A program made the position numbers and the translations under genes. A DNA stretch of 64,000 bases from Eledone cirrhosa (Eukaryota). The stretch covers positions 213,528,001 to 213,592,000 of the forward strand of contig OZ024741.1 of assembly GCA_964016885.1 (NCBI GenBank). Reading direction: 5' to 3'. How positions within the stretch are numbered: the first letter of the stretch is position 1; every line of letters starts with the position of its first letter. The notes beneath the pieces are model-generated. The model was not told the origin of the DNA and made no database searches. It saw nothing but the letters and a program-made list of their open reading frames with translations. Shown piece by piece: positions 1 through 14,108 of the stretch.

Positions 1-1245
1 CTAACACCACCACCACCATCACTACTAACACCACCACAACCATCACTACTAACACCACCACCACCATCACCACTAACACCACCACAACCATCACTACTAA
101 CACCACCACCACCATCACTACTAACACCACCACCACCATCACTACTAACACCACCACCACCATCACTACTAACACCACCACCACCATCACTACTAACACC
201 ACCACAACCATCACTACTAACACCACCACCACCATCACTACTAACACCACCACAACCATCACTACTAACACCACCACCACCATCACTACCACCACCAACA
301 GCACCATCACTACCAACACCACCACCACCATCACTACCACCACCACCACCATCATCACTACCAACACCAACACCATCATCACTACCAACATCACCACCAC
401 CATCACTACCACCAACACCACCACCACCATCACTACCACCACCGCCACCATCATCACTACCAACACCACCACCATCATCACTACCAACACCACCACCACC
501 ATCACTACCAACACCACCACCATCATCACTACCAACACCACCACCACCATCACTACCAACACCACCACCATCATCACTACCAACACCACCACCACCATCA
601 CTACCATCACCACCATCACTACCAACACCACCACCATCACTACCAACATAATCACCACTATTACCAACGCCATCATCACTATCACCATAATCATCATATG
701 TACCCCCACCAACAACAACAACAACACCACCACCACCACCATCACCACCACCTTCACCACAACCTTCACCACCACCACCAACAGCACCACCACCACCACC
801 ATCACCCCCACCACCACCTCTATCACCACTACCATAATCGTCACCATAACTACCACTACCACCACCGCAACCACTATTCCTATTAACAAGCATCTCCCAC
901 CACCTCTACCATTATTACCATAATCATAACTACCCCCACTATCACCACTACTATGACCATCACCACTACCATAATCATCACCAGCGCCATCACTACCATC
1001 ACTACCACCACCACTATTACCAGCAGCAGCGCCACCACCACATCTACCACCATTACTATAGTCATCACCACCACCATCAGAAACACCTCTACCACCACCA
1101 TAACTACCACCACCACCATCACCATCACCACCACCACCATCACCATAACTACCACCACCACCACCTCCTCCGCCATCACCACCACCACCACCACCACCAC
1201 CACCTCTACCACCACCACCACCATACCTACCACCACTACCACTAC
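1..1245. repeat. CAC-based degenerate tandem repeat (24-bp unit CTAACACCACCACCACCATCACTA decaying into (CAC/CAT)n)
   Basis: Near-exact 24-bp periodicity over 1-300, then progressive degeneration. The poly-His/Thr/Val ORFs are by-products. Confidence 0.95.
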
Positions 1246-1544
1246 TGACACTACATTTTCAGAAATAATATGCCATTAACAAATGGGAGATATAGTAAGA
1301 TATAATTTAGTTAACTGCTTGGATAGCAGGGTAGGAGGAAGGGGAGAGGAGGAGAAGGAACAGGTGAATGCTGAGGTGGGAAAAGAACTGGTGAGGAAAA
1401 CAGGTGAGAATTGAAGAGTAAGGTGGAGGCTAAAGAGAGTGAGAGGGGGTGGGGAGAGAAAGAAAGATGGGGAGGAGTGAAAACGAGAAATGCAATACAA
1501 ATAGACTTGCTACATTCATAGCTTGTACTGTTGTAGTTTAGTGA

Positions 1545-1650
1545 AGCTGTGTTGGCTAAGATGTTAGCGTATTTGGCTCCTCGGTGTATCAGGAGTTCGA
1601 TTTCCGGCGGCGCCTTATGTCATTCAGCAACGCTCTTTATTTCATGTTGT
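1545..1650 (+). mobile_element. Degenerate tRNA-derived SINE 5' part (CORE-like)
   Basis: A-box-like TTGGCTAAGATG, B-box GGAGTTCGATTTCC, then a body TGTCATTCAGCAACGCTCTTTATTTCATGTTG homologous to the opposite-strand copy at 1830-1972. Confidence 0.65.
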
Positions 1651-1829
1651 TTTATAATCTAATCTAATTTGGCCGAGCTTACACTCGCAAATAAGAACCA
1701 GGACCGACCCTAGGAGTATTGTGTGTGTGTGTGACAGCTCACACCTATGCAGGCTTAGCTGGCCTCCTCCAAGGTATATCTTGTTGGAGGTGTCTTGGGT
1801 AATTTAATGATAGGGACGCCAGTCCTATC

Positions 1830-1972
1830 ATCTCATTTCTACAGCTGGGTAAACTGGAGCAACGTGAAATAAAGTGTTTTGCTCAAGGAAACAACACATC
1901 CCCCGGTCCGAGAATTGAACTCACAACCTTTCGATTGCAAGCCCAATGCTCTTACCACTAAGCCATGCGCCT
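1830..1972 (-). mobile_element. tRNA-derived SINE (CORE-like)
   Basis: Minus strand reads GGCGCATGGCTTAGTGGTAAGAGC (A box), GAGTTCAATTC (B box), then CCTTGAGCAAAACACTTTATTTCACGTTGCTCCAGTTTACCCAGCTG. Confidence 0.8.
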
Positions 1973-2351
1973 TAGATTTGGTGTACTTCATATCTGTTAC
2001 GGTTGCTGAATACAATCAGGAGTCGCTGCTTCTCCTGAAGGTCAATAGTTCTCTTGTAACTCGAGCAGGAAAACCTTTCCATTGTCAATTTACATTGATC
2101 ATCTGCAAAGCCGCATTGTTCTCAGAACCACTTCACCAGTGGAACTACTGCCACCCATTCATTTGGCATGTTGTTTTAGTCTACTTAATTGGCAACAGTA
2201 AATTGGACCTGTAATTGGAAGGGATAGCATTGTCACACACTGTGACATACTGAATCTCCCTGAGATATATTTTGACATTTTTATAATTGTATGCTATGCT
2301 TTTGCTTGTTATCATATTATCATATCTAGATATATTGATCTATTGGTAATG

Positions 2352-2500
2352 AGGTACGTGTCTCAGTAATTAGTGTGTTCGGGCGCACGGTCGTATTGTC
2401 GTGAGTTTGATCCGAGACCGAGGGGAGAGGTGTTCTTGGACAGGACACTTCATTTTAACGTTGCTTCAGCTAACTCTAATTCAAAAGGCCAGCATTTTCA
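2352..2500 (+). mobile_element. Older copy of the same SINE family
   Basis: GTGAGTTTGATCC B-box-like motif followed by TTCTTGGACAGGACACTTCATTTTAACGTTGCTTCAG, which aligns to the 1830-1972 SINE body. Confidence 0.6.
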
Positions 2501-2555
2501 TCTCAAACGATGTCATATCAAAATTGCCTGAGAACAATGTTAAAGATACTCGTGT

Positions 2556-2755
2556 CTATGGAACAACTGGAACACTCGTCATCATGGTAACATCCTCCGG
2601 GGAAACGCCTTCTCCATTCTGTCCGCTGGGGCTGCGGGGAGGCCAGCACGTGGGACCCCATTTGCTCATCATACTGAGAGATGGGCAGGGTGACAGAGAT
2701 GGAGGCGATGACAGTGGAAGTTTGGCCCTTCTACATTCTGCCCATATCTTTGTGG
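2556..2755 (-). CDS. Possible terminal coding exon of an unidentified host gene (..TKIWAECRRAKLPLSSPPSLSPCPSLSMMSKWGPTCWPPRSPSGQNGEGVSPEDVTMMTSVPVVP*)
   Basis: Non-repetitive, more GC-rich than its surroundings. On the minus strand a TTTAG acceptor ends at 2756 and only one frame stays open to TAG. No recognisable domain. Confidence 0.35.
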
Positions 2756-2809
2756 CTAAACGCATATTTTACAATTCCTTGATTATTTAGTCAGTTTTAC
2801 ATCTCCGCC

Positions 2810-5800
2810 ATTCTGTGACGATACTTTAATTCTGTGTAACATGTTCGCCACCATGTGGCCACACTCTGATTCTGTGTAACATGTTCCCAACCATGTGGCC
2901 ATATTCTCATTCTGTGTAACATGTTCCCAACCATGTGGCCACACTCATTCTGTGTAACATGTTCCCCACCATGTGGCCACACTCTCATTCTGTGTAACAT
3001 GTTCCCCACCATGTGGCCACACTCACATTCTGTGTAACAGATTCCCCACCATGTGGCCACACTCTCATTTTGTGTAACATGTTCCCCACCATGTGGCTAC
3101 ACTGTCATTCTGTATAACATGCTCCCCACCATGTGGCCACACTCTCATTCTGTGTGACATGTTCTCCACCATGTGGCCACACTCTCATTCTGTGTAACAT
3201 GTTCCCCACCATGTGGCCACACTCTCATTCTGTGTAACATGTTCCCCACCATGTGGCTACACTGTCATTCTGTGTAACATGTTCCCCACCATGTGGCCAC
3301 ACTCTCATTCTGTGTAACATGTTCCCCACCCTGTGGCTACACTGTCATTCTGTGTAACATATTCCCCACCATGTGGCCACACTCACATTCTGTGTAACAT
3401 GTCACCACCATGTGGCCACACTCTCGTTCTGTGTAACATGTTCCCCCTATATGGCCACACTCTCATTCTGTGTAACATGTTCCCCACCATGTGGCCACAC
3501 TCTCATTCTATGTAACATGTCCCCCACCATATGGCCACACTCTCATTATGTGTAACATGTTCCCCACCATGTGGCCACACTCTCATTCTGTGTAACATGT
3601 TCCTCAGCTGTGGCCACACTCTCATTCTGTCTAACATGTTCCCCACCATGTGGCCACACTCGCATTCTGTGTAATATGTTCCCCAGCTGTGGCCACACTC
3701 TCATTCTGTGTAACATATCCCCACCATGTGGCCACACTCTCACTCTGTGTAACATGTTCCCCACCATGTGGCCACACTCTCATTCTGTGTAACATGTTCC
3801 CCACCATGTGGCCACACTCTCATTCTGTGTAACATGTTCCACAGCTATGTGGCCACACTCTCATTCTGTGTAACATGTTCCCCACCATGTGGCCACACTC
3901 TCATTCTGTGTAACATGTTCCCCAGCTATGTGGCCACACTCTCATTCTGTGTAACATGTGCCCCACTATGTGGCCACACTGTCATTCTGGGTAACATGTC
4001 CCCACCATGTGGCCACACTCTCATTCTGTGTAACATGTTCCCCACCATGTGGCCACACTCTCATTCTGTGTAACATGTCCCCCACCATATGGCCACACTC
4101 TCATTATGTGTAACATGTTCCCCACCATGTGGCCACACTCTCATTCTGTGTAACATGTTCCCAACCATGTGGCCACACTCATTCTGTGTAACATGTTCCC
4201 CACCATGTGGCCACACTCTCATTCTGTGTAGTATGTTCCCCAGCTGTGGCCACACTCTCATTCTGTGTAACATGTCCCCACCATGTGGCCACACTCTCAC
4301 TCTGTGTAACATGTTCCCCACCATGTGGCCACACTCTCATTCTGTGTAACATGTTCCACACCATGTGGCCACACTCTCATTCTGTGTAACATGTTCCCCA
4401 CCATGTGGCCACACTCTAACTCTGTGTAACATGTTCCCCACCATGTGGCCACACTCTCATTCTGTGTAACATGTTCCCCAACATGTGGCCACACTGTCAT
4501 TCTGTGTAACATGTCCCCACCATGTGGCCACACTCATTCTGTGTAACATGTTCCCCACCATGTGGCCACACTCTCGTGATGTGTAACATGTTCCCCACCA
4601 TGTGACCACACTCTCATTCTGTGTAAGATGTTCCCCACCATGTGCTCACACTCTCACTCTGTGTAACCTGTTCCCCACCATGTGGCCACACTCTCACTCT
4701 GTGTAACATGTTCCCCACCATGTGGCCATACTCACATTCTGTGTAACATGTTCCCCCACCATATGGCTACACTGTCATTCTATGTAACATGTTCCCCACC
4801 ATGTGGCGACACTCTCATTCTGTCTAACATGTTCCCCACCATGTGGCCACACTGTTATTCTGTGTAACATGTTCTCCAGCATGTGGCCACACTCTCATTC
4901 TGTGTAACATGTTCCTCAGCTGTGGCCACACTCTCATTCTGTCGAACATGTTCCCCACCATGTGGCCACAAAGTTATTTTGTGTAACATGTACCCCACCA
5001 TGTGGCCACACTCTCACTCTGTGTAACATGTTCCCCACCATGTGGCCACACTCTCACTCTGTATAACATGTTCCCCACCATGTGGCCACACTCTCATTCT
5101 GTGTAACATGTTCCCCACCATGTGGCCACACTCTCACTCTGTGTAACATGTTCCCCACCATGTGGCCACACTCTCATTCTGTGTAACATATTTCCTACCA
5201 TGTGGCCACACTCTCATTCTGTGTAACATGATCCCCACCATGTGGCCACACTCTCACTCTGTGTAACATGTTCCCCACCATGTGGCCACACTCTCATTCT
5301 GTGTAACATGTTCCCCACCATGTGGCCACACTCTTATTCTGTGTAACATGTTTCCCACCATGTGGCGACACTCTCATTCTGTGTAACATGTTCCCCACCA
5401 TGTGGCCACACTCTCATTCTGTGTAACATGTCCCCCACCATATGGCCACACTCTCATTATGTGTAACATGTTCCCCACAATGTGGCCACACTCTCATTCT
5501 GTGTAACATGTTCCTCAGCTGTGGCCACACTCTCATTCTGTCTAACATGTTCCCCACCATGTCGCCACACTCTCATTCTGTGTAATATGATCCCCAGCTG
5601 TGGCCACACTCTCATTCTGTGTAACATGTCCCCACCATGTGGCCACACTCTCACTCTGTGTAACATGTTCCCCACCATCTGGCCACACTCTCATTCTGTG
5701 TAACATGTTTCCCACCATGTGGCTACACTCTCATTCTGTGTAACATGTTCCACAGCTATGTGGCCACACTCTCATTCTGTGTAACATGTTCCCCACCATG

Positions 5801-8800
5801 TGGCCACACTCTCATTCTGTGTAACATGTTCCCCAGCTATGTGGCCACACTCTCATTCTGTGTAACATGTTCCCCACCATGTGGCCACACTGTCATTCTG
5901 TGTAACATGTCCACACCATGTGGCCACACTCTCATTCTGTGTAACATGTTCCCCACCATGTGGCCACACTCTCATTCTGTGTAACATGTTCCCCACCATG
6001 TGGCCACACTCTCATTCTGTGTAGCATGTTCCCCACCATGTGGCTACACTGTCATTATGTGTAACATGTTCCGCACCATGTGGCGACACTCTCATTCTGT
6101 CTAACATATTCCCCACCATGTGGCCGCACTGTTATTCTGTGTAACATGTTCCCCACCATGTGGCCACACTCTCACTCTGTGTAACATGTTCCCCACCATG
6201 TGGCCACACTCTCACTCTGTATAACATGTTCCCCACCATGTGGCCACACTCTCATTCTGTGTAACATGTTCCCCACCATGTGGCCACACTCTCACTCTGT
6301 GTAACATGTTCCCCACCATGTGGCCACACTCTCATTCTGTGTAACATATTTCCTACCATGTGGCCACACTCTCATTCTGTGTAACATGATCCCCACCATG
6401 TGGCCACACTCTCACTCTGTGTAACATGTTCCCCACCATGTGGTTACACTCTCATTCTGTGTAACATGTTCCTCACCATGTGGCCACACTCTCATTCTGT
6501 GTAACATGTTCCCCACCATGTGGCCACACTCTTATTCTGTGTAACATGTTTCCCACCATGTGGCGACACTCTCATTCTGTGTAACATGTCCCCACAGCAA
6601 TCTGGCCACACTCTCATTATGTGTAACATGTTCCCCACCATATGGCCACGCTCTCATTCTGTGTAACATGTCCCCCACCATATGGCCACACTCTCATTAT
6701 GTGTAACATGTTCCCCACCATGTGGGCACACTCTCATTCTGTGTAACATGTTCCTCAGCTGTGGCCACACTCTCATTCTGTCTAACATGTTCCCCACCAT
6801 GTGGCCACACTCTCATTCTGTGTAATATGATCCCCAGCTGTGGCCACACTCTCATTTTGTGTAACATGTCCCCACCGTGTGGCCACACTCTCACTCTGTG
6901 TAACATGTTCCCCACCATCTGGCCACACTCTCATTCTGTGTAACATGTTCCCCACCATGTGGCTACACTCTCATTCTGTGTAACATGTTCCACAGCTATG
7001 TGGCCACACTCTCATTCTGTGTAACATGTTCCCCACCATGTGGCCACACTCTCATTCTGTGTAACATGTTCCCCAGCTATGTGGCCACACTCTCATTCTG
7101 TGTAACATGTTCCCCACCATGTGGCCACACTGTCATTCTGTGTAACATGTCCCCACCATGTGGCCACACTCTCATTCTGTGTAACATGTTCCCCACCATG
7201 TGACCACACTCTCATTCTGTGTAACATGTTCCCCACCATGTGCTCACACTCTCACTCTGTGTAACCTGTTCCCCACCATGTGGCTACACTCTCACTCTGT
7301 GTAACATGTTCCCCACCATGTGGCCACACTCACATTCTGTGTAACATGTTCCCCCACCATATGGCTACACTGTCATTCTATGTAACATGTTCCCCACCAT
7401 GTGGCGACACTCTCATTCTGTCTAACATGTTCCCCACCATGTGGCCACACTGTTATTCTGTGTAACATGTTCTCCAGCATGTGGCCACACTCTCATTCTG
7501 TGTAACATGTTCCTCAGCTGTGGCCACACTCTCATTCTGTCGAACATGTTCCCCACCATGTGGCCACAAAGTTATTTTGTGTAACATGTACCCCACCATG
7601 TGGCCACACTCTCACTCTGTGTAACATGTTCCCCACCATGTGGCCACACTCTCACTCTGTATAACATGTTCCCCACCATGTTGCCACACTCTCATTCTGT
7701 GTAACATGTTCCCCACCATGTGGCCACACTCTCACTCTGTGTAACATGTTCCCCACCATGTGGCCACACTCTCATTCTGTGTAACATATTTCCTACCATG
7801 TGGCCACACTCTCATTCTGTGTAACATGTCCCCACAGCAATCTGGCCACACTCTCATTATGTGTAACATGTTCCCCACCATGTGGCCACACTCTCATTCT
7901 GTGTAACATGTCCCCCACCATATGGCCACACTCTCATTATGTGTAACATGTTCCCCACCATGTGGCCACACTCTCATTCTGTGTAACATGTTCCTCAGCT
8001 GTGGCCACACTCTCATTCTGTCTAACATGTTCCCCACCATGTGGCCACACTCTCATTCTGTGTAATATGATCCCCAGTTGTGGCCACACTCTCATTTTGT
8101 GTAACATGTCCCCACCGTGTGGCCACACTCTCACTCTGTGTAACATGTTCCCCACCATCTGGCCACACTCTCATTCTGTGTAACATGTTCCCCACCATGT
8201 GGCTACACTCTCATTCTGTGTAACATGTTCCACAGCTATGTGGCCACACTCTCATTCTGTGTAACATGTTCCCCACCATGTGGCCACACTCTCATTCTGT
8301 GTAACATGTTCCCCAGCTATGTGGCCACACTCTCATTCTGTGTAACATGTTCCCCACCATGTGGCCACACTGTCATTCTGTGTAACATGTCCCCACCATG
8401 TGGCCACACTCTCATTCTGTGTAACATGTTCCCCACCATGTGACCACACTCTCATTCTGTGTAACATGTTCCCCACCATGTGCTCACTCTCTCACTCTGT
8501 GTAACCTGTTCCCCACCATGTGGCTACACTCTCACTCTGTGTAACATGTTCCCCACCATGTGGCCACACTCACATTCTGTGTAACATGTTCCCCCACCAT
8601 ATGGCTACACTGTCATTCTATGTAACATGTTCCCCACCATGTGGCGACACTCTCATTCTGTCTAACATGTTCCCCACCATGTGGCCACACTGTTATTCTG
8701 TGTAACATGTTCTCCAGCATGTGGCCACACTCTCATTCTGTGTAACATGTTCCTCAGCTGTGGCCACACTCTCATTCTGTCGAACATGTTCCCCACCATG

Positions 8801-10620
8801 TGGCCACAAAGTTATTTTGTGTAACATGTACCCCACCATGTGGCCACACTCTCACTCTGTGTAACATGTTCCCCACCATGTGGCCACACTCTCACTCTGT
8901 ATAACATGTTCCCCAGCATGTTGCCACACTCTCATTCTGTGTAACATGTTCCCCACCATGTGGCCACACTCTCACTCTGTGTAACATGTTCCCCACCATG
9001 TGGCCACACTCTCATTCTGTGTAACATATTTCCTACCATGTGGCCACACTCTCATTCTGTGTAGCATGATCCCCACCATGTGGCCACACTCTCACTCTGT
9101 GTAACATGTTCCCCGCCATGTGGTTACACTCTCATTCTGTGTAACATATTCCCCACCATGTGGCCACACTGTTATTCTGTGTAACATGTTCCCCACCATG
9201 TGGCCACACTCTCGTTATGTGTAACATGTTCCCCACCATGTGACCACACTCTCATTCTGTGTAACATGTTCCCCACCATGTGCTCACACTCTCACTCTGT
9301 ATAACCTGTTCCCCACCATGTGGCCACACTCTCACTCTGTGTAACATGTTCCCCACCATGTGGCCACACTCACATTCTGTGTAACATGTTCCCCCACCAT
9401 ATGGCTACACTGTCATTCTATGTAACATGTTCCCCACCATGTGGCGACACTCTCATTCTGTCTAACATGTTCCCCACCATGTGGCCACACTGTTATTCTG
9501 TGTAACATGTTCTCCAGCATGTGGCCACACTCTCATTCTGTGTAACATGTTCCTCAGCTGTGGCCACACTCTCATTCTGTCGAACATGTTCCCCACCATG
9601 TGGCCACAAAGTTATTTTGTGTAACATGTACCCCACCATGTGGCCACACTCTCACTTTGTGTAACATGTTCCCCACCATGTGGCCACACTCTCACTCTGT
9701 ATAACATGTTCCCCACCATGTGGCCACACTCTCATTCTGTGTAACATGTTCCCCACCATGTGGCCACACTCTCACTCTGTGTAACATGTTCCCCACCATG
9801 TGGCCATACTCTCATTCTGTGTACCATGTTTCCTACCATGTGGCCACACTCTCATTCTGTGTAACATGTTCCCCACCATGTGGCCACACTCTCACTCTGT
9901 GTAACATGTTCCCCACCATGTGGTTACACTCTCATTCTGTGTAACATGTTCCTCACCATGTGGCCACACTCTCATTCTGTGTAACATGTTCCCTACCATG
10001 TGGCCACACTCTCATTCTGTGTAACATGTTCCCCACCATGTGGCCACACTCTTATTCTGTGTAACATGTTTCCCACCATGTGGCGACACTCTCATTCTGT
10101 GTAACATGTCCCCCCTATATGGTCACACTCTCATTCTGTGTAACATGTTCCCCACAATGTGGCCACACTCTCATTCTGTGTAACATGTTTCCCACCATGT
10201 GGCGACACTCTCATTCTGTGTAACATGTCCCCCCCCTATATGGCCACACTCTCATTCTGTGTAACATTTTCCACATCATGTGGCCACACTCTCATTCTCT
10301 GTAACAGGTTCCCCACCTGTCTGGTCATATTGTCATTCTGTGTAACATGTCCCCCCCCCTATATAGCCACATTGTCATTCTGTGTAACATGCCCTCCCTC
10401 CCCCACCTATGTGGCCACACTGCTATTCTGTGTAACATGCTCCCACTCCACCTATGTGGCACACAGTCATTTTCTGTAATATGTCCCCCCACCTATGTGT
10501 CCACACTGTCATTCTGTGTAACATGCCTCCTCCACCAATGTGGCCACACTGTCATTTTGTGTAACATGTGTCCTCCCCCCACATATGTGGCCACACTGTC
10601 ATTTTGTACTTGGTAACACA
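2810..10620. repeat. 40-bp minisatellite (CATTCTGTGTAACATGTTCCCCACCATGTGGCCACACTCT) with ~1240-bp higher-order repeats
   Basis: About 195 tandem units. Variant blocks recur 1240 bp apart (track ORFs at 5482/6722/7962 and 7280/8520). Confidence 0.97.
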
Positions 10621-10699
10621 ATTTGAAATCTTCCCCATCTGTGTGTTCATACTGCCATTCCATGCTGGGATCACACATTAATTGACATTTTCGCTATTT

Positions 10700-11765
10700 G
10701 TTTGTCAACACTATTATTCTGTACTGGGTCACACATAGTTTCACCACACCGCTATTCTGTACTGGGTCACACATTGTTTCACCACACCGCTATTCTGGAC
10801 TGGATCACACATAGTTTCGCCACACCATTATTCTGGACTGGGTCACACATTGTTTCACAACACCGCTATTCTGTACTGGGTCACACATAGTTTCACCACA
10901 CCGCTATTCTGTACTGGGTCACACATAGTTTCACCACACCGCTATTCTGTACTGGGTCGCACATAGTTTCACCACACTATTATTCTGGACTGGGTCACAC
11001 ATTGTTTCACAACACCGCTATTCTGTACTGGGTCACACATTGTTTCACCACACTATTATTCTGGACTGGGTCACACATTGTTTTGCCACACCATTATTCT
11101 GTACTGGGTCACACATAGTTTCACCACACCGCTATTCTGTACTGGGTCACACATTGTTTCACCACACCGCTATTCTGTACTGGGTCACGCATTGTTTCAC
11201 CACACCGTTATTCTGTACTGGGTCACACATTGTTTCGCCACACCATTATTCTGTACTGGGTCACACATAGTTTCACCACACCATTATTCTGTACTGGGTC
11301 ACACATTGTTTCACCACACCATTATTCTGTACTGGGTCACACATAGTTTCACCACACCGCTATTCTGTACTGGGTCACACATTGTTTCACCACACCATTA
11401 TTCTGTAATGGTCACGCATTGTTTCACCACACCGTTATTCTGTACTGGGTCACACATTCTTTCGCCACACCATTATTCTGTACTGGGTCACACATAGTTT
11501 CACCACACCGCTATTCTGTACTGGGTCACACATTGTTTCACCACACCATTATTCTGTACCGGGTCATACATTGTTTCGCCACACCATTATTCTGTACTGG
11601 GTCACACATTGTTTCACCACACCGCTATTCTGTACTGGGTCACACATTGTTTCACAACACCGCTATTCTGTACTGGGTCACACATTGTTTCACAACACCG
11701 CTATTCTGTACTGGGTCACGCATTGTTTCACCACACGCTATTCTGGACTGGCTCACCTACTGTTT
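10700..11765. repeat. 38-bp minisatellite (CACACCGCTATTCTGTACTGGGTCACACATTGTTTCAC)
   Basis: About 28 tandem units, directly visible. Confidence 0.95.
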
Positions 11766-12129
11766 CACATATTAGACATGTGTATGTCTGGACTGTTATT
11801 CAATACTAGGTTGCACAATATTTGACGTTTTCGTTGAGATATTCACCATCTATGTGGCCACATTGTCGTTCAGTACTGGATTACACAGCCTTTAACATAA
11901 TCTGTGTGGCTGCACTATCATTCTGTACTGAGACACACTGTGTAACATAGTCATCTGTGTGGCCACTGTACTGAGTCACACTGTGTAACATAGTCATCTC
12001 TGTGGCCACTGTACTGATACACACACTGTCATCTGTGTGGCCACCCTATCATTCAGCACCGCGTCACACACTGTTTGACGTCTGCGCCACTTATGTGGCC
12101 ATATTTTGATTCTGTACTGTGTCACGCAC

Positions 12130-12880
12130 ACTTTTTAATACATTAGCCATCAGTGTGGCCACCCCATGATTGTTAACCGCACTGTTAGATTTATTAGCCA
12201 TCAATGTGGTCACACTAATGTTGTTAACCGGATACACACAGTGTTTAACATATTAGCCATCAGTGAGGCCACACCATGATTGTTAACCGGGTACACACAC
12301 TGTTTAACATATTAGCCATCAGTGTGGCCACACCATGATTGTTAACCGGGTACACACACTGTTTAACATATTAGTCATCAGTGTGGCCTCACCATGATTG
12401 TTAACCGGGTACACACACTGTTTAACATATTAGCCATCAGTGTGTCCACACCATGATTGTTAACCGGATACACACACTGTTTAACATATTAGCCATCAGT
12501 GTAGCCACATCATGGTTGTTAACCGGGTACACACACTGTTTAACATATTAGCCATCAGTGTGGCCATACCATGATTGTTAACCGGGTACGCACACTGTTT
12601 AACATATTAGTCATCAGTGTGGCCACACCATGATTGTTAACCGGATACACACACTGTTTAACAAATTAGTCATCAGTGTGGCCACACCACTATTGTTAAC
12701 CGGGTACACACAGTGTTTGAGATATTAGCCATCAGTGTGGCCACACCATAATTGTAAACCGGATACACACACTGTTTAACACATTACTCATCAGTGTGGC
12801 CACACCATGATTGTTAACCGGATACACACAGTGTTTGAGATATTAGCCATTAGTGTGGCGACACCATTATTCAGGTCTGG
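12130..12880. repeat. 59-bp minisatellite (GTTTAACATATTAGCCATCAGTGTGGCCACACCATGATTGTTAACCGGGTACACACACT)
   Basis: Units start at 12302, 12361, 12420 and so on; about 12 copies. Confidence 0.95.
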
Positions 12881-13249
12881 GTCTCACAAACCCTAACGTA
12901 TTAGCAATCTGTGGGGCCATATTACTATTGCACAGAAGACTGTGAAAGGAGTTGGGAATCACTGAAGTGCAGGTAACTTAACTACTCCAAAACATTTTCG
13001 ATGGGTAAGTTAGGGATGGAGGGGGGATTTTGTAGGTTTGAGGTAGTGGGGCTGGTTTGTCATGGTAAGGTGGGGAGAGGTAGTTGGGGAGGGTGGGAGG
13101 GGGGATTTTGTAGGCTTTAGTTAAAGGGCAGGGATGGAATGGTATTTCGATAAGTAGATAGTTGGCTAGGTTAGTAAACAAGTAGAAGGGTAGGTAGAGT
13201 GATATGTAAACATATATATGGATGACTGGAGAGATATATGGATGGGTGG

Positions 13250-13560
<311 letters not shown>

Positions 13561-13894
13561 AGCACTTCTAGTTTTCCTCAACGTGAAGAAATAGTTCTCA
13601 TCTGTTGTCTCTCGACATTGATAATTCCAGTTTCTGTACGATGCTTACATAGCAACTTTAATTACAATTACCGCAGCAGTCGTTATTAATTACCAGCAGT
13701 CTTAATAGGTATTTAATTAACACAGGCTGTTCTATGAAACACCCCATAAAACTCAGATTAATTGTCTACACCCCGTACCTACAAAGGGAAATTAGAAATT
13801 TTCATTATTCCATTTGCATTGCTATAGATATCTGGGTACGTGTAAGTATCTACATGTCTGTCTATCTATTTGACTATCAAACATGTCTCTGAGC

Positions 13895-14108
13895 GCGGTG
13901 AATTGGCAGTATCGAAGGGCGGTGAATTGGCAGTATCGGTAGAGGGTCGGACGCCATGCTTTGCAGCAAATAGTTACGGCCCTTTATGGTCGGAGTTCAA
14001 ATCCCACCGAGGTTAACTTTGCCTTTCATCCTTACGGGCTCGATAAAATAAAGTACCAGTAATGCACTGAGATAATTGCTGGCCTTGTTCCAAAAGTAGA
14101 AATAATTA
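13895..14108 (+). mobile_element. tRNA-derived SINE with Meta-like central domain and duplicated 5' head
   Basis: GCGGTGAATTGGCAGTATCG occurs twice (13895, 13919); B box GGAGTTCAAATCCC; central GTTAACTTTGCCTTTCATCCTTACGGGCTCGATAAAATAAAGTACCAG; A/T-rich tail. Family assignment is from memory. Confidence 0.75.

Noticed and set aside
698-1279. Poly-His, poly-Thr and poly-Val ORFs
   Set aside because: Trinucleotide low-complexity repeat.
1895-1972. tRNA gene on the minus strand
   Set aside because: A and B boxes are present but there is no closed acceptor stem, and the sequence continues into a SINE body.
1976-2135. Short open frame on the minus strand after TTGCAG
   Set aside because: No recognisable motif or clear exon boundaries; it sits between SINEs and is compatible with UTR or intergenic DNA.
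2797-11825. Cys/His-rich ORFs (CSPPCGHTLILCN, HHTAILYW) resembling metal-binding repeats
   Set aside because: Unit lengths of 40 and 38 bp are not multiples of three, so the frames rotate and stop regularly; this is satellite DNA.
2810-12880. CRISPR-like array of palindromic 38-40 bp repeats
   Set aside because: The repeats are head-to-tail with no unique spacers, there are no cas genes, and the context is eukaryotic.
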